Of a stretch of 64,000 nt of DNA, positions 59,681 through 64,000 are shown piece after piece. The position numbers and the translations under genes were made by a program. Numbering within the stretch: position 1 is the first letter of the stretch; each line of letters opens with the position of its first letter. The notes below the pieces were generated by a model, which saw nothing but the letters and a program-made list of their open reading frames with translations, did not search any database and was not told the origin of the DNA. Source of the DNA: Candidatus Cloacimonadales bacterium (GTDB lineage Bacteria; Cloacimonadota; Cloacimonadia; Cloacimonadales; JAFGVF01); contig OY759729.1 of the NCBI GenBank assembly GCA_963662585.1, positions 1,056,001 to 1,120,000 of the forward strand, in the 5' to 3' direction.

Positions 59681-60784
59681 TTACTCTTTACCAGCTATAG
59701 GATTAAGTACTTCTATAGTATCTACTAACCAATCAATTGTTAATAAGTCTTCTTCAGGAAAGTTCTCATCTGCTTTAACTCTCAAATTACCCTTGTTATC
59801 ATATATTTCACCAGTAAAGATATACAATTCTTTAGTAATTATCTGCTCTTTTAAGTCATCGATTATCTCTCCCTCTTTTTGAGTGAGATTTTTAGAATAT
59901 TCAGTTAAGCCAAATAGTCCTGAATCAATATCTTTCCAGATTATCTGCGGTGTCCATTCACCATTATAGAATTTTGTGACAGCTTCTTTATAAAAAGCAC
60001 CCCAATGCCAAACAACACAAACTAAATTTTTGCGAGGAGCAAAATCTTTCATGTCGTTATTATAACCAATTGAAAAAACATCTCTATTATCAGCTACTCT
60101 TTGTGATTCACTTGAATCAGTATTATGAGCAATTACATCACAGCCCATATCTATCATCTTATTAGCGATCAAATTCTCTTTACTTGGGGCATACCAACTA
60201 TGAGTCCACTCTAAAAACACTTTTGCTTCAGGATTAGTTTTCTTCACTCCTAAGGCAAAGGCATTTGAGATTCTAATACATTCAGCATTTGCATGTGCAA
60301 CGATAAAACCAATTTGATTGCTTTCTGTTTTTACACCTGCGGCAAGACCTGCTAAATACCATGCTTGATGAATCTTGCCAAAATATGAGCCATAGTTATC
60401 ACCTTTCATAAAAGTACTACAACTTTCAAATACTACATGAGGATATTTTTTTGCCATCATCATAGTAGCTTCTTTATGGTCATAAGAAGTAGTAAAAATT
60501 AATTGTGCCCCTTCTTTAACTAACTCTTCAATTGCTATTAAAGTTGACTCTGTGTCTGTTGCATTCTCTCTATAATAAATATTCTCAATAAAAGGTAACT
60601 CTTCAATCTCCAGTTTACCTTGGTTATGAGCATAATTCCAACCTCCATCCCCTACAGGTCCCACATAAACAAAGCCAACATTTAAGTTTTTCTGTTCATT
60701 TTCTAGATTATCTTTCTTTGCACAGCTTAAATTTAGTAAACCAATTATTACTAGCAATAATATTGCAATCAGATTCTTCTTCAT
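59681..60784 (-). CDS. BMP-family ABC transporter substrate-binding lipoprotein
   Basis: LSC lipobox; VGFVYVGPVGDGGWNYAHNQG; YLAGLAAG; no ABC partner genes adjacent. Confidence 0.9.
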   Translation of the reverse strand: MKKNLIAILLLVIIGLLNLSCAKKDNLENEQKNLNVGFVYVGPVGDGGWNYAHNQGKLEIEELPFIENIYYRENATDTESTLIAIEELVKEGAQLIFTTSYDHKEATMMMAKKYPHVVFESCSTFMKGDNYGSYFGKIHQAWYLAGLAAGVKTESNQIGFIVAHANAECIRISNAFALGVKKTNPEAKVFLEWTHSWYAPSKENLIANKMIDMGCDVIAHNTDSSESQRVADNRDVFSIGYNNDMKDFAPRKNLVCVVWHWGAFYKEAVTKFYNGEWTPQIIWKDIDSGLFGLTEYSKNLTQKEGEIIDDLKEQIITKELYIFTGEIYDNKGNLRVKADENFPEEDLLTIDWLVDTIEVLNPIAGKE

Positions 60785-61011
60785 AATTCCCTCACTTATG
60801 ACAACTTATTAATTCGATACAAATCATATCTTTAGAATACAAATTATAAATTTTTATCTTTAGTTGTCAAGCTTTCTATTTAGTTTTTGTCTGTTATGAA
60901 ATTACTAGAAATTAAGAATCCTAAAAAAAAAGAGAAAATTTTTATAATAACTATTTGCATAAATAGACAAATACCTTATATTCTCATAAAACAAAAAAAT
61001 AAGAGGTAATT

Positions 61012-61368
61012 ATGGAACATTTAACATTAGAAACATTTAAAGAAAAAGTATTTAATTATGAGGATAATAAAGAATGGAAATTTGAAGGTAACAGACCAGC
61101 AGTGATAGACTTTTATGCTGATTGGTGTGGACCTTGTAAAATGGTTGCTCCTATCTTAGAAGAACTATCAAAAGAGTATGAAGGCAAAGTTGATATATAT
61201 AAAATCAATACAGAAGAACAACAAGAACTTTCTGCTATGTTTGGAATCAGAAGTATTCCTTCAATCTTGTTTATTCCTACCGAAGGACAACCTTCAATGG
61301 CTGCTGGTGCTTTACCAAAGAAATCATTCCAAGAAACTATTGATAAATTACTTATAAATAAAGCCTAA
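61012..61368 (+). CDS. trxA: Thioredoxin
   Basis: DFYADWCGPCK, GIRSIP. Confidence 0.95.
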   Translation: MEHLTLETFKEKVFNYEDNKEWKFEGNRPAVIDFYADWCGPCKMVAPILEELSKEYEGKVDIYKINTEEQQELSAMFGIRSIPSILFIPTEGQPSMAAGALPKKSFQETIDKLLINKA

Positions 61369-61411
61369 TAAATTTTTTAATTAGATTTCTCCTAATTGAA
61401 ATTCATCCCAC

Positions 61412-61443
61412 AAAGGAAGGACTAGCTAATCCTTCCTTTTTTT
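61412..61443 (+). terminator. Rho-independent terminator (possibly bidirectional)
   Basis: AAAGGAAGGA-ctagctaa-TCCTTCCTTT-TTTT between convergent genes. Confidence 0.8.
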
Positions 61444-61478
61444 ATTAGATAATATTTTTCATAAAATTTATATTTGAC

Positions 61479-62234
61479 TTAGAATTTAAAATCTTGGGAG
61501 AAATCCCAACCCCTTTCCTCTAATACCTTTACTACTTGATCATAGTTATCATCAAAATCACTTAATTGATGAGTGTCTGAGCCAATAGAGATAAGCTTTC
61601 CACCTTCACTAGCATACAAATCAAGTACTTCAAAATGAGGAATAAATTGCTTTGTTGCTTTTCTAAGTCCAGAATAATTTATTTCTAAAGCTATCTTTCT
61701 TTCAATCATTACTTGAAATATATCTCGGAAGATAGGTAATCCAGCTTTGATATTATGGACCAAATAGCGTGTAAAGATACCAAGATGAGCTAAAATATCC
61801 ATATCACATTTTTCTACTAACTCAAGATTTACTTTATAATAATCCATTATCTCTCTTTCTGAGAGAGCTTGTTTGAAAGGAAGAGAAATATCTCTGTCAG
61901 GGAGTAAGGTATGCACTGAGCCTAATATCAAATCAGGCCTTAAATCTCCAAAATAGTCCTTTACTTGCGATATTGTTTGATAGTATTCACCTATTTCAAC
62001 CCCTCTAATTATGTCTATTTCAGAGGCATATTTGGCTTTTAACTGAGAAAAATAGTTGTAATACTCAGGAAATGAAACTTCTTGATGAAAGCTCCACTGA
62101 GGAAAGAGAAACTCTAAATGGTCAGTAAAAGCAATTTGAGAATATTTTAGTTCTATTGCTTTCTTGATAATTTTATCAGGATTCAGCTTGCTATCTTTAC
62201 TAAAATTTGAATGTATATGATAATCTTTTTTCAT
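61479..62234 (-). CDS. PHP-family phosphoesterase (HisJ histidinol-phosphatase-like)
   Basis: DYHIHSNFSKD, AFTDH, GVEIG, GSVH, LAHL, LEIN, IGSDTH. Confidence 0.9.
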   Translation of the reverse strand: MKKDYHIHSNFSKDSKLNPDKIIKKAIELKYSQIAFTDHLEFLFPQWSFHQEVSFPEYYNYFSQLKAKYASEIDIIRGVEIGEYYQTISQVKDYFGDLRPDLILGSVHTLLPDRDISLPFKQALSEREIMDYYKVNLELVEKCDMDILAHLGIFTRYLVHNIKAGLPIFRDIFQVMIERKIALEINYSGLRKATKQFIPHFEVLDLYASEGGKLISIGSDTHQLSDFDDNYDQVVKVLEERGWDFSQDFKF

Positions 62235-62260
62235 AGTTTCCTTTAATTTGATTCTTTTTA

Positions 62261-62302
62261 AAATAAAAAAACAGCGAAGTTACCGGGTGGTAACCCCGCT
62301 GT
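62261..62302 (-). terminator. Strong intrinsic terminator just upstream of the PHP gene
   Basis: Minus strand ACAGCGGGGTTACC-accc-GGTAACTTCGCTGT-TTTTTT, with G.U pairs valid only on the minus strand. Confidence 0.75.
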
Positions 62303-62612
62303 CGGAGGGCATTCTATGTAGGGTCTGTAGGTTCAATTTAATTTAGAATCAGAATTTATTCTCTTCATCATCTAAGTCTAAGTACATTATTAATATCAAA
62401 ATTATTTTGGCAAGAAAAAAATTATTTTTTTGCAAGTTTTTTTCATTTCTTCCACTTTTCCTTCCAGAAAGGAAGTATTAGATCAATATTTATGACAGCT
62501 AGTATTTTCAAATTTCCTTTTTTAGCAAATTCTTAGCTTGGAGAAATAGAGAATAAGGCATATTCTAGATAAATCAAGCCTATACCTAAAACTAGCAAAA
62601 AGATATCTCTTC

Positions 62613-64000
62613 CTACTTAATTTTCAGAACCTTAAGTGTAGATATTTTTCCACAACTTTTCACTTTTACGAAATAGACACCTGAGGCAATATTCTCCGTA
62701 TTGAAGCCAATTTTCTTAGTTTCATTAGAAGATAAGTGAGTATATTCAGAAGCTACTTTTTGTCCTTTCAAATTATATAGAATAACTTCAACTACTTGCT
62801 CTTTTTTGCTTTCAAGATTAATCGATAAATTATCTTGGAAGGGATTAATTCCCCTAGTTATGAGTAAATAATCTAAAGCTTCAATATCTTGACTTTCATT
62901 CTCAGTTACCAGATAATTAATTTCAACTAAACTATTAGGAAGAGTCCCATAAACTTGCCCACTTTGAACAGTTAGTTCTTGAGCTAGATTAATAGTCTGA
63001 GCAGTTTCTCCTTGATAATAGACAAAAGATAAAGTTTCTTGAGAAGTAGGCATTTGCGTAACAATAACAGCTACACTTCTCTCAATATTCCCATCAATAA
63101 AAAGTTTTAAAGAGCTGGCACCTAGACACTCATCATTAGCAAAGACTCCAAGGAAATCTTCATCATGATTAACATCTATTTCATTAGAAGTAAATTCAGC
63201 ATAAATAACAGCTGTATTATTAGGATAGGTTGAGATATTCCAAGGAGAGTCTTCTACTCTTGGAGCATTATTCCTTCTTGATTCATTATAGACGAGTGAA
63301 CAATCTTCACTAACTTGTACCCAATAGCCTTTACTAGGAGTCATAACTGCCATAGTATTAAAGATATCAGGCATAGCAGGATTATAGATAGAGGTAACAT
63401 CTTTCACTTGAAGCAATTTATCACTGATATTACTCAAGGCATCACTAGGAGCGATATCTACTTGTGGTAAGTAACCAATTAGATTCCAACCACTATTTAA
63501 ATCAATAGTAACTGAGCTATCATAGGCATTTCCTGTAAGTTCAAGATTAGTATTTTCACTAACATTTACCCAATATCCCTCTTCAGGAATAATATTTTCC
63601 AAGGTATTAAAATAATAAGGAAGAGTTGGTGAATAAGTAGCAGTCATATTTTTAATTTCCATAATATCAGCTAGAACTGGAGAGAATAATGTGCTAGGAC
63701 TATTATCTGCATAATCGAAATTATAACTAATTAAGTTCCATCCTGTATTAAGGGCGATATTTTGAGTTAACTCTTCTTCTCCAAAAACAGCATTAACTGT
63801 AGTATAACTATCAGCTTCAACTGTAACACCAGTGAATATTAGCGGGTCATAGCCTGTAGCACTAATCTGAATATCCCAAGTTCCAGGATTAATCGGACGG
63901 TAATAATCTCCAAAATCTGAATTTGTTCTAACTTTTGTTACATCAGTATCATGATTAAGTATTTCGATTGTTGCATTTAAAGGATTCCCTTGATAATCAG
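62613..64000 (-). CDS. Secreted protein (5' end outside window) with carboxypeptidase-regulatory-like domain, two 'LNxGWNLI' repeats and T9SS-type CTD; probably an M14 carboxypeptidase
   Basis: Frame is open from the window edge: ..GNPLNATIEILNHD..FGDYYRPINPGTWDIQISATGY..LNTGWNLISY..; C-terminus 'INPFQD..LYNLKGQKV..ASGVYFVKV..KVLKIK'. Confidence 0.78.
   Translation of the reverse strand, partial: DYQGNPLNATIEILNHDTDVTKVRTNSDFGDYYRPINPGTWDIQISATGYDPLIFTGVTVEADSYTTVNAVFGEEELTQNIALNTGWNLISYNFDYADNSPSTLFSPVLADIMEIKNMTATYSPTLPYYFNTLENIIPEEGYWVNVSENTNLELTGNAYDSSVTIDLNSGWNLIGYLPQVDIAPSDALSNISDKLLQVKDVTSIYNPAMPDIFNTMAVMTPSKGYWVQVSEDCSLVYNESRRNNAPRVEDSPWNISTYPNNTAVIYAEFTSNEIDVNHDEDFLGVFANDECLGASSLKLFIDGNIERSVAVIVTQMPTSQETLSFVYYQGETAQTINLAQELTVQSGQVYGTLPNSLVEINYLVTENESQDIEALDYLLITRGINPFQDNLSINLESKKEQVVEVILYNLKGQKVASEYTHLSSNETKKIGFNTENIASGVYFVKVKSCGKISTLKVLKIK

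Noticed and set aside
1..64000. tRNA/rRNA genes, prophage, RAYT transposase
   Set aside because: None recognisable; any enzyme acting on the REP-like elements must be encoded elsewhere.

Overview
AT-rich bacterial chromosomal window. Gene content suggests an anaerobic FCB-group organism, most likely Candidatus Cloacimonadota (inference): several secreted proteins with 'YPNP...IYN/D..G..V' C-terminal sorting/FlgD domains, a PorV/PorQ-family barrel and an Mbx-type complex. Left to right: (1) a minus-strand operon of a 5,795-aa acidic Ig-repeat surface protein, a PorV/PorQ-like barrel and a PorE-like TPR/PD40 protein (cut by the window edge); (2) a divergent operon of a 1,420-aa NTPase-TPR-GAF-sigma54 activator, exonuclease-DinG and murB; (3) a variable segment with a cluster of REP-like palindromes and an FG-GAP secreted protein, bracketed by a second diverged copy of the murB 3' end that is interrupted by an intact IS21 (6-bp TSD); (4) a TetR-led 12-gene Mrp/Mbx(Mbs)-type membrane oxidoreductase with a NuoI-GltD fusion, then a ferritin-like gene; (5) an AAA_21 ATPase + DUF4276-like pair, a short metK with a probable SAM-II-type leader, a GLUG/adhesin secreted protein, M23 peptidase, olsB/olsA-like pair, alkaline phosphatase, BMP lipoprotein, trxA, a PHP phosphatase and a partial secreted carboxypeptidase-like gene. 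The most unusual non-coding signal is that REP-like palindromes of several families have been amplified into tandem arrays. At three loci only the left half is repeated and the array ends in one complete palindrome; at two of these the repeat linker is the reverse complement of the right flank. All calls come from reading the sequence; no database searches were run.
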